DNA from: Candidatus Rokuibacteriota bacterium
GTDB lineage: Bacteria; Methylomirabilota; Methylomirabilia; Rokubacteriales; CSP1-6
Length of the DNA stretch: 64,000 nt
Reading direction: 5' to 3'
NCBI GenBank assembly: GCA_030647435.1
Contig: JAUSJX010000081.1
Location: forward strand, 2,913 to 66,912
This document shows, piece by piece, positions 19,221 through 28,324 of the stretch (its first letter is position 1; the number at the start of each line of letters is the position of its first letter). The notes under the pieces were generated by a model. The model made no database searches. It was given only the letters and a program-made list of their open reading frames with translations, and was not told where the DNA came from. Position numbers and translations under genes: made by a program.

Positions 19221-19994
19221 TCAGAGCTTTCTCAGGACGACGACCATCAGGAGCGGGTGGTGGGCCCGGTCGAGCTTGAGGTGGGGCCTGAAGCCGTAGA
19301 ACCATTCGACCAGGTCAAAGCCTCCCGCCAATGCGACCAGCGCCCGGAGCTCCTGCGGAAAGACCATGCGGGAGGCGTGACGCTGGCGGTAGACGTGCCG
19401 GCGGCCGTCCTCGTGCGCCTCGAGCTCCATGTCCTCGTAGAACGTCTGGGTCACCGGGTTGAGGTCTTTGAGGGCCTCGAATGTCGCGCGCACCGTCGCC
19501 CGCCCGCGCCGCCTCGTCCAGGACCAGCGCCGCGCCGGGTCGGTCCACGACGAGCACATGTAGCGGTCGAAGACGTAGAGTCCGCCCTTGCGGACGGCCT
19601 TGGCCACGCAGCGGAGATGGGCCAGGATGGCCTCGTTCGTGAGCAGGTGCCCTTGCGAGTCCTGCATGCAGATGGCGGCGTCCACGGGGCGGGGCAGCGT
19701 GAAGCGGGTCATGTCCGCCACGTGGAGACCTACGTCGAGGCCCTCCTCCGCCGCCCGCTCCCGGAGGAAGGCGATATTCTCGGGCGACAGGTCGAGGCCC
19801 GACATGCGGTAGCCGCGCCGGCCGAGCCTGATCAGGTGCGGGCCCGTGCCGCAGGCGATGTCGAGCACGGTCTTCACGGGGCGCCTCGCATAGCGGCGGA
19901 AGCAGTGGGCGAGGAAGTCCACCTCCTGCTTCCGGTTCATGTCGAACGCGATCTCGTAGTAGCGCGGCGCCGAGTACTGACCCTTCTGGCTCAC
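19221..19994 (-). CDS. Class I SAM-dependent small-molecule methyltransferase
   Basis: VLDIACGTG, GLDLS, ADMTRF, GGLYVFD; GTG start 4 nt after the speB stop. Confidence 0.87.
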   Translation of the reverse strand: MSQKGQYSAPRYYEIAFDMNRKQEVDFLAHCFRRYARRPVKTVLDIACGTGPHLIRLGRRGYRMSGLDLSPENIAFLRERAAEEGLDVGLHVADMTRFTLPRPVDAAICMQDSQGHLLTNEAILAHLRCVAKAVRKGGLYVFDRYMCSSWTDPARRWSWTRRRGRATVRATFEALKDLNPVTQTFYEDMELEAHEDGRRHVYRQRHASRMVFPQELRALVALAGGFDLVEWFYGFRPHLKLDRAHHPLLMVVVLRKL

Positions 19995-19998
19995 GGCC

Positions 19999-20856
19999 TC
20001 ATTTTCCCCACCAGGTGAGAATCGCCTCGCGGAGAATCCAGGAGGCGGTGATGCCCGTCCGCCCCGACGGGTCAAAGACGTGGGCGACCTCCATGAGATC
20101 GGTGCCCACGACCGTGCAGGGCTCGAGCAGCCGGACGATCTCGACCAGCTCAGAGGCCCTGAGCCCGCAGGGCTCGGGAGCGCCTGTCCCGGGCGCCTCC
20201 GATGGGTCGAGCACGTCCACGTCTATCGTGACGTAGAGCGGGTGCCGGCTGAGCTCGGGCACGAGGCTTCGGACGGCCTCGACCGGGTGGATGGCGTGCG
20301 CCGGGTAGAGGTGCGGCGCCCGGCGCCGGTACTCCTCGCGGGCACCCGTCCGCATGCCCACCTGGTAGACCCGCTCGGGCTCGACGACGTCCATCACGCG
20401 GGCCATGGCTGAGGCGTAATTGTAGCGCTCGCCGAGGAACTCTTCTCTCAAGTCGGGATGGGCGTCCAGCTGGAGGATGCGAAGGTCGGGGATGGCCGGA
20501 GCCAGGATCTCGATCACGGGCAAGGTCGCCGTGTGGTCGCCGCCCAGCATGACGGGCAGGAGGCCCGGCCGCCAGAAGCCGCGCACCTCCTCGCGGGCCC
20601 TCTGCAGCTGCTCCCGGGGGCTCCCAGAGCCCAGCTCGCAATCTCCCAGGTCGGCCATGCCGAGATCTTCCAGATCCCGATCGAGGGCGGGCGAGTAGGT
20701 CTCGATGGAGTCCGAGGCGATCCTGAGATCCCGGGGGCCGTGGTCGGCGCCGGTGCGGAGGTTGACGGAGCCTTCGAAGGGGATGCCGAAGAGGACGATA
20801 CGGGCGTCCGGGTAGGGCGCCCGGCACGCGATGAAGCGTGGGTCGGCTGGCGTCAC
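19999..20856 (-). CDS. speB: Agmatinase / aminopropylagmatine ureohydrolase
   Basis: GGDHT, DAHPD, TIDVDVLDP, APGTG.PEP.G. Confidence 0.92.
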   Translation of the reverse strand: MTPADPRFIACRAPYPDARIVLFGIPFEGSVNLRTGADHGPRDLRIASDSIETYSPALDRDLEDLGMADLGDCELGSGSPREQLQRAREEVRGFWRPGLLPVMLGGDHTATLPVIEILAPAIPDLRILQLDAHPDLREEFLGERYNYASAMARVMDVVEPERVYQVGMRTGAREEYRRRAPHLYPAHAIHPVEAVRSLVPELSRHPLYVTIDVDVLDPSEAPGTGAPEPCGLRASELVEIVRLLEPCTVVGTDLMEVAHVFDPSGRTGITASWILREAILTWWGK

Positions 20857-20922
20857 GTGGGTAGCTCGCCTCGGACGGCGGGGCCCCAGCCCCGCGACGT
20901 CCTGCAGTTCGCAGTTCCCGAA

Positions 20923-21405
20923 CTAAACGACGTCGTCGTCGGAGAGCAGCGTCACGGCCGCCAGGGCGCAGCCCGTGCGCTCGACGCGGTGCTCGACGGC
21001 GCAGACCTTCATGTCGCGGATCGTCCAGCCGCGGCTCTTGAACGACTCCTCCAGCATGTGGACGATGGCCCGTTCGGCCTCTTCCCGGGTGGCCTTGTCG
21101 TGAAATTCCATGATCACGCCGTTGGCCTTGGGGTCGGCGGGGCGGGCCCAGCCGACCGCGGCGGCGACCACTTCGCCGGGCACTTCGCTGGTCATGGCGG
21201 CGTAGGCCGTGGGCACGACCGCGCCGGGCCGGAGCCGGGGCAGGTCCACAATCGCGGCCTCGGGCGGCAGGATGGAGGAGACCTTCACGAGGTTGATGTT
21301 GCCGATGCCCGCCGCCAGGAGGGCGTTGTCGAAGGCGTTGAGCGGGGTCGTTCCCTCAGCGCTTCCGGACGTCGTGGCTGCCTTGGTCACCGGTTTCCAG
21401 CCCAT
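20923..21405 (-). CDS. pdaD: Pyruvoyl-dependent arginine decarboxylase
   Basis: LNAFDNALLAAGIGNINLVKVSSILP with the SS self-cleavage site; GGAGGAG RBS. Confidence 0.9.
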   Translation of the reverse strand: MGWKPVTKAATTSGSAEGTTPLNAFDNALLAAGIGNINLVKVSSILPPEAAIVDLPRLRPGAVVPTAYAAMTSEVPGEVVAAAVGWARPADPKANGVIMEFHDKATREEAERAIVHMLEESFKSRGWTIRDMKVCAVEHRVERTGCALAAVTLLSDDDVV

Positions 21406-21630
21406 TTCTCCTCCTCGCCTCCTTGGTTGAAGTGAAACGCCGCGGAAATTTTTCTTCGCCCATGTTAGCGAGTCGGGAGTGGAACGCAAGAGAAAAGTGG
21501 CCGCCGGCCGGCTTCCGATCGCTCGGCCGGCGGCTCCACGGCGGCTCATCCCGCCGCTTGACGACCGCCGATCGGGCCCGCGGCGGGCGCCTCGGCCTCG
21601 CCGACAGCCTCCGGAGAGGGCATTTTTTCC

Positions 21631-21659
21631 TTGCAATGCTAAAAACATGGCCCTACATT
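21631..21659 (+). promoter_or_regulatory. Sigma70-type promoter of speD-speE-maf
   Basis: TTGCAA-17 bp-TACATT in an AT-rich patch. Confidence 0.6.
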
Positions 21660-21719
21660 CAGAAAAATCGCATTCGCAGGTTTTTCGCGAGCGAGAAACG
21701 AACGGAGAGGAGAAAAAGA

Positions 21720-22184
21720 GTGCAAGCACTGGGGCGACACCTGCTGCTCGAGCTGTTCGACTGCGACGCGGAAGCGCTTAACAGCCTTGAGACCGTGAAG
21801 GCGTCCATGGTGGAGGCGGCGAAGCGCGCCCAGGCCACCATCGTCGACGTCGTCTTTCACGAGTTCAACCCGTTCGGCATCAGCGGTGTTGTCGTGATCG
21901 CCGAGTCGCACCTCGCCATCCACACGTGGCCCGAGTACCGCTTCGCTGCGGTGGACATCTTCTCCTGCGGCGACGTGCTCCAGCCCCAGACGGCGGCCAA
22001 CTACCTGGTCGAGCAGTTCGGGGCCTGCCGGGCCTCCGTCGTCGAGCTCCAGCGCGGCATCTTTCTCCAGGCCTCACCCATGCCCCACAAGCCGGCCGGC
22101 GCCAAGATGCCAGTCGCCAAGGTGCCAGTCGCCAAGATGCCAGTCGCCAAGGTGCCAGGCGCCAAGGTGCCAGTGGGAGGATGA
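21720..22184 (+). CDS. speD: S-adenosylmethionine decarboxylase proenzyme (class 1b)
   Basis: LGRHLL, GISGVVVIAESHLAIHTWPE, DIFSCG; C-terminal 5 x 5-aa repeat. Confidence 0.93.
   Translation: MQALGRHLLLELFDCDAEALNSLETVKASMVEAAKRAQATIVDVVFHEFNPFGISGVVVIAESHLAIHTWPEYRFAAVDIFSCGDVLQPQTAANYLVEQFGACRASVVELQRGIFLQASPMPHKPAGAKMPVAKVPVAKMPVAKVPGAKVPVGG
22101..22175 (+). repeat. 15-bp tandem repeat x5 encoding AK(M/V)P(V/G)
   Basis: GCCAAG(A/G)TGCCAG(T/G)(C/G) units read directly. Confidence 0.92.
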
Positions 22185-23101
22185 GCGGTCCCCCGCAGTA
22201 CAAGTGGTTCTTCGAGAGCACCACGCCGGTTGAAGGCCACATGCACGCCATCGCCCGCACCATCGCCACCCGCCAGACCAAGTTCCAGTTCATGGAGATC
22301 TTCGAGACTCACTCCTACGGCAAGGTCCTGGTCCTCGACGGCCGCATCCAGTCGAGCCAGCACGACGAGTTCATCTACCACGAGATCCTGGTCCAGCCGG
22401 GCCTCCTGGCACACCCAAAGCCGGTCCGCGCCATGGTCATCGGCGGGGGCGAGGGCGCCACGGTCAGGGAGATCCTGCGGCATCCGAGCATCAGCGACTG
22501 CCTCATGGTGGATATCGACGGCGAGGTGGTCGAGGAGTGTAAGAAGCACCTGCCCGAGATGCACCAGGGCGCCTTCGAGGACTCGCGCACCCGGGTGCTC
22601 CACGAGGACGCCCGGGCCTACCTTGAGAAGACCAAGGAGCGCTTCGACCTGATCGTGGTGGACTTGCCGGAGCCGCTCGGGGAGGGCCCGGCCTGCCTGC
22701 TCTTCACGACCGAGTTCTACACCCTGATCCGCGACCGGCTGACGGACAACGGGATCATGACCATGCAGGCGGGCATGACCAAGATCAACGAGCTGTTCTT
22801 CTACGGCGCCGTCAACCGGACCCTCCGCGAGGTGTTCCAGGTCGTCGCGCCGTACCAGGGCTTCATCTCCTGCTTCGGGACTCCCTGGGGCTTCATCCTG
22901 GCCTCCAAGGGCACCGACCCGCGCAAGCAGACGGCTCGCGAAATCGACGGGCTGATTTCTTCGCGGATGAACCCAGATACTCTCGGCTACTGGAACGGGG
23001 CCGCGCACCTGCACTCATTCAACCTGCCCAAGTTCCTGACCAATGCCCTGGCCAAGAACGACCGGGTCATTACGGACAAGAACCCCCTGATCGTCAGCTG
23101 A
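22181..23101 (+). CDS. speE: Polyamine aminopropyltransferase, Thermus SpeE-like
   Basis: LDGRIQS, DEFIYHE, IGGGEGATVREIL, VDIDGEVV, HQGAF. Confidence 0.92.
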   Translation: MSGPPQYKWFFESTTPVEGHMHAIARTIATRQTKFQFMEIFETHSYGKVLVLDGRIQSSQHDEFIYHEILVQPGLLAHPKPVRAMVIGGGEGATVREILRHPSISDCLMVDIDGEVVEECKKHLPEMHQGAFEDSRTRVLHEDARAYLEKTKERFDLIVVDLPEPLGEGPACLLFTTEFYTLIRDRLTDNGIMTMQAGMTKINELFFYGAVNRTLREVFQVVAPYQGFISCFGTPWGFILASKGTDPRKQTAREIDGLISSRMNPDTLGYWNGAAHLHSFNLPKFLTNALAKNDRVITDKNPLIVS

Positions 23102-23679
23102 GCAGCAAGCCAGCCCTCGTCCTCGCCTCTGCCTCGCCCCGCCGTCAGGATCTCCTCGCGGGGCTCGGCATCCCGTTCACCGTGCAGCCGAGCCGTATCG
23201 CCGAGGTCCATCCGCCGGGGCCGGCGGAGGCGGCAGTGGCCGCCGTCGCGCTGGACAAGGCGCGCGCCGTCGCGCGCGAGTGGACGGGCGGCCCGGCGGT
23301 TGTCCTGGGTGCCGACACCGAGGTGGTCTTGGACGGCCGCTACCTGGGCAAGCCCCGCGATACAGCCGACGCCGCCCGCATGCTCCGGGAGCTCAGCGGC
23401 CGCACCCACGAGGTTGTCACCGGCCTTGCCCTCGTCGATGCGCCGTCGGGCCGAGAGGAGACTCTCGCCGTGACGACGCGGGTGACCATGATCGACGCCG
23501 GCGCCGAGGAGATCGCGGCCTACGTGGCGACCGGCGAGCCGCTCGACAAGGCCGGCGCCTATGCCGTCCAAGGGCTCGGTGCCCGGCTCGTGGCCCGCGT
23601 GGACGGCTGCTTCACCAACGTGGTCGGCCTGCCGGTCGAGACGACGCGGCGGCTGTTGAAGCGGTGGGGGCTCGTCTAG
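23098..23679 (+). CDS. maf: Maf-family nucleoside triphosphate pyrophosphatase; probable CTG start
   Basis: LVLASASPRR (upstream of the ORF-track start), GADT, GKP, DKAGAY, NVVGLP. Confidence 0.9.
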   Translation: MSSKPALVLASASPRRQDLLAGLGIPFTVQPSRIAEVHPPGPAEAAVAAVALDKARAVAREWTGGPAVVLGADTEVVLDGRYLGKPRDTADAARMLRELSGRTHEVVTGLALVDAPSGREETLAVTTRVTMIDAGAEEIAAYVATGEPLDKAGAYAVQGLGARLVARVDGCFTNVVGLPVETTRRLLKRWGLV

Positions 23680-24749
23680 CGGGGCGGCGGCTCTCCCGCA
23701 ACCGTGGCCCGCTCGAGCGGGCCGGTGCGGAGCAGGGGAGACCACCGGAACCAGGGCAGCTTGACGGCGGCGGGCATCTCGACGCGCTCGCGGGCCTGGC
23801 GAAGGCTCGCCTTGAGCATGTCTTCCGTGACCCGCCCACGGGGCAGATAGATCTGCCGCGCGCCGGCCACGCGCAGTGCGAAGTCGCCGGGCTGGCCGAT
23901 CACCGACGCCGGCAGGCCGGCGGCGAGCGTCTCCGCGGGGGCGTCGCTGACGCGGGCCACTGCGCGGAGGAGTGCCTTGGCCAGGGCGACGAGATCCTGC
24001 TCTCCGACTGCGGCGTCGGCACGGAGGAAGAGGGCGGCGTGGACCGTCTCGGCACCGAGCCAGCGGGCCGCGTCGGATCGGGTCCGCAGATCCACAAGTA
24101 TGGAGACTGCGTTTTTCTCAGCCCTCGGCTCGCCTTCGGCTGCGCCTCGAACTGCGCTCTTCTCAGCCCTCGGCTCGCCTCCGGCTGCGCCTCGAACTTC
24201 CACGTCTTCTACCAAGCGGGTGACCCAGGGGTCGGCCATGACGGCGGCCGCCACCTCACCCTGCTCGAGCGCGCCGGCGAGCGCACGGTTGGAGAAGCTC
24301 CTGAGCGGCACATGGTAGATCCTGACGCCCGCGCGCGCGAGAATGGTCGCGAGCATCGCCTGCTCGGGCGTGCCGACGCCGGGCAGGCCCACGGGCTGGC
24401 CGCGCAGGTCGCGGGGAGAGCGGACGGTCTCCTTGTGGCCCGGAGAGACGAGGATCGCGACAGGCGGCGCCGCCGTCAGGCCGAAGAGGAGCGGCGGCGG
24501 GGCGCCCTTGACATGTCCCAGGCGATAGGCCGCGTCGAGCGAGGTGGCGGCGATATCGGCGCGGCCCCGGGCCATCGCCTGCGCGGCGTCGCTCTCCGAG
24601 CGCTCGATCGTGAGCGTCACCTCGAGCTTCTCCTGGGCGAAGTATCCTTCCGACTGGGCGACGAAGAGCGGCAGGTACTCTGGCGAGGTTGCCGGTCCCG
24701 CCACAGCGATGGTGATCGCGGCCCAGAGTCCCAATCCCGCTGCCGTCAT
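23676..24749 (-). CDS. ABC transporter substrate-binding protein (NMT1/SsuA-like) with in-frame repeat insertion
   Basis: YLPLFVAQSEGYF, DLRGQPVG, MADPW; 30-aa insert from two 45-bp repeat units. Confidence 0.8.
   Translation of the reverse strand: MTAAGLGLWAAITIAVAGPATSPEYLPLFVAQSEGYFAQEKLEVTLTIERSESDAAQAMARGRADIAATSLDAAYRLGHVKGAPPPLLFGLTAAPPVAILVSPGHKETVRSPRDLRGQPVGLPGVGTPEQAMLATILARAGVRIYHVPLRSFSNRALAGALEQGEVAAAVMADPWVTRLVEDVEVRGAAGGEPRAEKSAVRGAAEGEPRAEKNAVSILVDLRTRSDAARWLGAETVHAALFLRADAAVGEQDLVALAKALLRAVARVSDAPAETLAAGLPASVIGQPGDFALRVAGARQIYLPRGRVTEDMLKASLRQARERVEMPAAVKLPWFRWSPLLRTGPLERATVAGEPPPR
24109..24198 (+). repeat. Family B repeat, two tandem 45-bp units inside a CDS
   Basis: ACT-[..TCTCAGCCCTCG-hairpin-TCGAACT]x2. 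Confidence 0.9.
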
Positions 24750-24760
24750 CAAGCCTCCCC

Positions 24761-25426
24761 GTGAGCCTGCGCCACCGTCTCCTGCGCGTCTATACAGCAC
24801 TGCACGCCCGCTACGGCCCTCAGGACTGGTGGCCGGCCCGGAGCCGCTTCGAAGTCGCCGTGGGTGCCGTCCTGACCCAGCATACCGCTTGGCCTGGCGT
24901 CGAGCGGGCCATACACAATCTCCGCGCCGCGCGGAGGCTCGGGCCCCGGCGGCTGGCCCGGCTGGCGCTACCGCGGCTCGGACGGCTCATCCGCCCAGCG
25001 GGGACTTGGCGTCTCAAGGCGCGGCGTCTCCACGCGCTCGCGGTCTTTTTCCTGGCGCGAGCCGGCGGGCGCCTCGACCGGCTGCGCGGGGCGCCTCTCG
25101 AGACCCTGAGAGCCCAGCTCCTCGCGGTGCCCGGCATCGGCCCCGAGACAGCCGGCGCCATACTGCTCTACGCCCTGGGGCGGCCGGTCTTCGTCGCCGA
25201 CGCCTACACGCGCCGCGTGCTCTCGCGCCACCGGATGGTGCCCGCCGACATCGGCTACGATGAGCTCAGGCGTTTCCTCGAGGGGCACCTGCCCGGCGAC
25301 CCGGCGCTCTTCAACGAGCTCCACGCGCTCCTGGTGGCCGTCGCCAAGTCTCACTGCCGCGCGCGGCCCCGATGCGAGGGCTGCCCGCTGCGCTTCGACC
25401 TCAGGGGGCGGCGACCTCGCGGATGA
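24761..25426 (+). CDS. Endonuclease III-like HhH-GPD protein
   Basis: WWPA, GAVLTQ, GIGPETA, FVADAYTRR, C..RPRCEGCP. Confidence 0.85.
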   Translation: MSLRHRLLRVYTALHARYGPQDWWPARSRFEVAVGAVLTQHTAWPGVERAIHNLRAARRLGPRRLARLALPRLGRLIRPAGTWRLKARRLHALAVFFLARAGGRLDRLRGAPLETLRAQLLAVPGIGPETAGAILLYALGRPVFVADAYTRRVLSRHRMVPADIGYDELRRFLEGHLPGDPALFNELHALLVAVAKSHCRARPRCEGCPLRFDLRGRRPRG

Positions 25427-26522
25427 GCCGGGCCAGGCGTTGGGCGGCGTCGGGGACGGCGAGCGTCCGGGCGCGCGCGCCCATCGCCTCGAGGGCCGCG
25501 CGATCCGCCAGGAGGCGCGTGAGCGTGTCCACGAGGCGCTCTACCGTGAGATCGCCCTGCGGAAGGACCACGGCGCCCCCCGCGGCCTCCACGAGCCCGG
25601 CGTTGGCCGTCTGCTCGTCACCGCTCGCCCCCGGAAGCGGGATGAAGACGGCCGGCACGCCGAGACTGCAGCACTCGATGACGGTGCCCGCCCCGCTGCG
25701 CCCCACGAGCAGGGTCGTCGCCGCGTAGACGTCGCGGAGCTCGGCGCCGATGTATGTTCTCACGGCGTAGCGCGGCCGGATCGCAGGCGGCAGGGCGCGG
25801 GCCCGATCCTGGAGCCAGGAGTGATCGCCGGTCTCGGCGTTGTCACCGCACTGGTGGAGGATCTGGCAGATCGCGAGAAGCCGCGGCAGCGCCTCGCCCA
25901 CCACGCGGTTGATCCGGTGAGAGCCTTGGGCGCCGCCCGTGATGTAGACCAGCGGCCTAGCCGCGTCGAAGCCGAAGTGCCCGAGCGCGGCCTCGCGGCT
26001 GCCTCCCAGGATTTCCTCTCTCACGGGATTGCCCGTCAGGACGACCCGGTCCGTCGGGAATCCGCTGCCCAACCCAGGAGAGGACACGGCGAAGGACACG
26101 GCGATCCGGGCGGCGAAGCGCGCCGTCAAGCGATTGGCGAGGCCGGGGACGGCCGTCTGCTCGTGGACCACGATGGGGATGCCGAGAACGCGGGCCGCGA
26201 GCGCGGGCGGCACGCTGACGAAGCCGCCCAAGGAGAAAAGAACCGCGGGTCTCAGGCTCCGCAGGAGCCTCCAGGACTGGATCAGGCCCGCGGGCACGCG
26301 CACGAGGAGATCGCTCGCGTTGCGCCGGTCCCAGTAGCGGCGGAGCTTGCCCGTCGAGATGGGATGGAAGGGCAGGCCCGCCTCGGGCACGCGCCGCGCC
26401 TCGACGCCATCGTGGCTGCCGATCCAGTGGACCTCTGCGCCGTCCCGGACGAGCGCCGCCGCCACCGCCAGCCCCGCGCTCGTGTGCCCGCCGGTGCCGC
26501 CGCCGGCGATGACGACGCGCAC
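25401..26522 (-). CDS. murG: Undecaprenyldiphospho-muramoylpentapeptide GlcNAc transferase
   Basis: GGGTGGH, HEQ, GNPVR, TGGAQG, RSGAGT, EQTANA. Confidence 0.93.
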   Translation of the reverse strand: MRVVIAGGGTGGHTSAGLAVAAALVRDGAEVHWIGSHDGVEARRVPEAGLPFHPISTGKLRRYWDRRNASDLLVRVPAGLIQSWRLLRSLRPAVLFSLGGFVSVPPALAARVLGIPIVVHEQTAVPGLANRLTARFAARIAVSFAVSSPGLGSGFPTDRVVLTGNPVREEILGGSREAALGHFGFDAARPLVYITGGAQGSHRINRVVGEALPRLLAICQILHQCGDNAETGDHSWLQDRARALPPAIRPRYAVRTYIGAELRDVYAATTLLVGRSGAGTVIECCSLGVPAVFIPLPGASGDEQTANAGLVEAAGGAVVLPQGDLTVERLVDTLTRLLADRAALEAMGARARTLAVPDAAQRLARLIREVAAP

Positions 26523-26544
26523 GCCGATCAGCAGCCCTGGCCCA

Positions 26545-27048
26545 TCAGCAGCCCTGGCCCAAGGACGGGCTCGACGGCGGCGGGCCGCCCGAGGCGTCGC
26601 AGCGTGTGATGCTGCCGTCCGGCGTGGCGAAGAGGGAGGCGGAGAGTCCCTTGGCGTTGCCGCCGACACCCGCGACGGAGACCTGGCCGACGGGTACGGA
26701 CCCCGCGGCGCTCGTGCTGAGGTGGGCGACGGTGATCTGCCAGCGTCCGTCGGCGCTCTGGCCCGTCGGTCCGACGCCGGCGTTCCCGGCGACTTCGGCG
26801 AACGAGCATGAGCGGCCGGCCAGGCCCTTGGCTTGCGCGCAGAGGGTCAGCGCCACGATGGTGCGGGTGAGCAGCCCCTGGGCCTCGGCGAGCCGCGCGC
26901 CCTGGTCCGGACGGACGCTTTCCCCGGAAAGGTCCCGCGTGAGCGGCCCGACGGTCGCCTGGAAGTACCCCTGGAGGATCACCCCCGTGAGAGCGCTGAC
27001 GATCAGGAGAGAGATCAGGACGGAGATGAGGCCGAAGCCGCGCTGCAT
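26545..27048 (-). CDS. Type IV pilin / pseudopilin-like protein
   Basis: Prepilin-type N-terminus MQRG|FGLISVLISLLIV plus hydrophobic helix; four Cys; Ser instead of Glu at +5. Confidence 0.7.
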   Translation of the reverse strand: MQRGFGLISVLISLLIVSALTGVILQGYFQATVGPLTRDLSGESVRPDQGARLAEAQGLLTRTIVALTLCAQAKGLAGRSCSFAEVAGNAGVGPTGQSADGRWQITVAHLSTSAAGSVPVGQVSVAGVGGNAKGLSASLFATPDGSITRCDASGGPPPSSPSLGQGC

Positions 27049-27052
27049 GCGC

Positions 27053-28162
27053 TCACCGGCGCTCGAGGGCGAGATCGATCAGGCGGGAGATCAGCTCGGT
27101 GTAGGAGATGCCCGAGGCCTCCCAGAGCTTGGGGTAGGCGCTCGTCGCGGTGAAGCCGGGCAGGGTGTTGATCTCGTTGACGAGCACGCCCGCCTCCCCC
27201 TCGATGAAGAAGTCCACGCGCGCGAGCCCCGCGCAGTCGATGGCCTTGAACGCGCGGATCGCCAGCTCGCGCACCCGCGCCGTCACCTCGGGGCCGAGCG
27301 GCGCCGGCACCTTGAAGGTCGTGTGGCCGGCACCGTACTTGGTCTCGTAGTCGTACCACTCGCGAGCAAAGCAGACCTGGCCCGGGACGGATGCCTGCGG
27401 CTCGTCGTTGCCCAGCACGGCGACCTCGACCTCTCGCCCCTGCACGGCGCGCTCGACCAGCACGCGGCGGTCGTGTCCGGCGGCCAGGGCCAGCGCGGCG
27501 GCCAGGTCCTCCGGCGCCTTGACCTTGCTGATGCCGACGCTCGAGCCGAGGTTGGCGGGTTTGACGAAGCAGGGGAATCCGATGGTTTCAGCGACGGCGC
27601 GCTCGATCGCGGCGGGGTCGCGCCGCCATTCGTGGCGCTTCACGACGAGATAGTCCACGACCGGCAGACCATGGGCGCGGAACATGTCCTTCATCGCGGC
27701 CTTGTCCATGCCGATGGCCGAGGCGAGCACGGCCGCGCCCACGTACGGCAGCCCCGCCAGCTCGAGCAGGCCCTGGATCGTGCCGTCCTCGCCGCGGGGG
27801 CCGTGGAGCATGATCCAGACCACGTCGAGCCGCTCACGGAGGCCCGGCGGCAGGCCCTCGCTCGACTCGACGCGCTGGAGCGCCGTCGAGGACGCCGCGC
27901 CGCCCGCGCGGACCGCGAGCTCCTGCTTGACCGACGCCTCGGGGCCGCCTTCGCCGAGCGCCTTGCCCGCGGCCTCCTGGGCGAGCGCCCGCAGCGGGTC
28001 GCCGCCCACGAGCCAGCGCCCCTCGCGCGTGATGCCGATCGGCACCGGCTCGAAGCGCTCGCGGTCCATGGCGGCCATCACGGACGCCGCGCCGGCGAGC
28101 GACACCTCGTGCTCGCCCGATTCGCCGCCGAAGACCACGCCCACGCGGAGCTTCTTCGCCAT
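27053..28162 (-). CDS. ddl: D-alanine--D-alanine ligase
   Basis: FGGESGEHEVS, LHGPRGEDG, GSSVGI, NEINTLPGFT. Confidence 0.96.
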   Translation of the reverse strand: MAKKLRVGVVFGGESGEHEVSLAGAASVMAAMDRERFEPVPIGITREGRWLVGGDPLRALAQEAAGKALGEGGPEASVKQELAVRAGGAASSTALQRVESSEGLPPGLRERLDVVWIMLHGPRGEDGTIQGLLELAGLPYVGAAVLASAIGMDKAAMKDMFRAHGLPVVDYLVVKRHEWRRDPAAIERAVAETIGFPCFVKPANLGSSVGISKVKAPEDLAAALALAAGHDRRVLVERAVQGREVEVAVLGNDEPQASVPGQVCFAREWYDYETKYGAGHTTFKVPAPLGPEVTARVRELAIRAFKAIDCAGLARVDFFIEGEAGVLVNEINTLPGFTATSAYPKLWEASGISYTELISRLIDLALERR

Positions 28163-28197
28163 CGCCCTACTCTAACAGAGGGTCGCTAGATGGCCAC

Positions 28198-28324
28198 GCA
28201 GGCTGTCGAGAAGGGGTCAGATGCGAGGCGGCGCCCGAAGATCGCAGGCGAGGCGTACTCTCTGTACGTCGAGCCTGCGGTCAAGGGCGCCAACGAAGCA
28301 GATGGCCCCTTATCGGCAGCCTGC
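28198..28324. repeat. MITE-like repeat family A, copy 2 (supplies the stop codon of the MFS gene)
   Basis: GCAGGCTGTCGAGAAGGGG...CCCCTTATCGGCAGCCTGC terminal inverted repeats. Confidence 0.9.

Noticed and set aside
20884..20925. Possible degenerate family B unit at the pdaD stop (CCAGCCCGCG...CCGAACT)
   Set aside because: Both end motifs are mismatched and there is no preceding ACT; too weak to call.
21490..21625. GC-rich hairpins between pdaD and speD as a riboswitch
   Set aside because: They lie between the two predicted divergent promoters, so probably outside both leaders, and match no aptamer I recognise.
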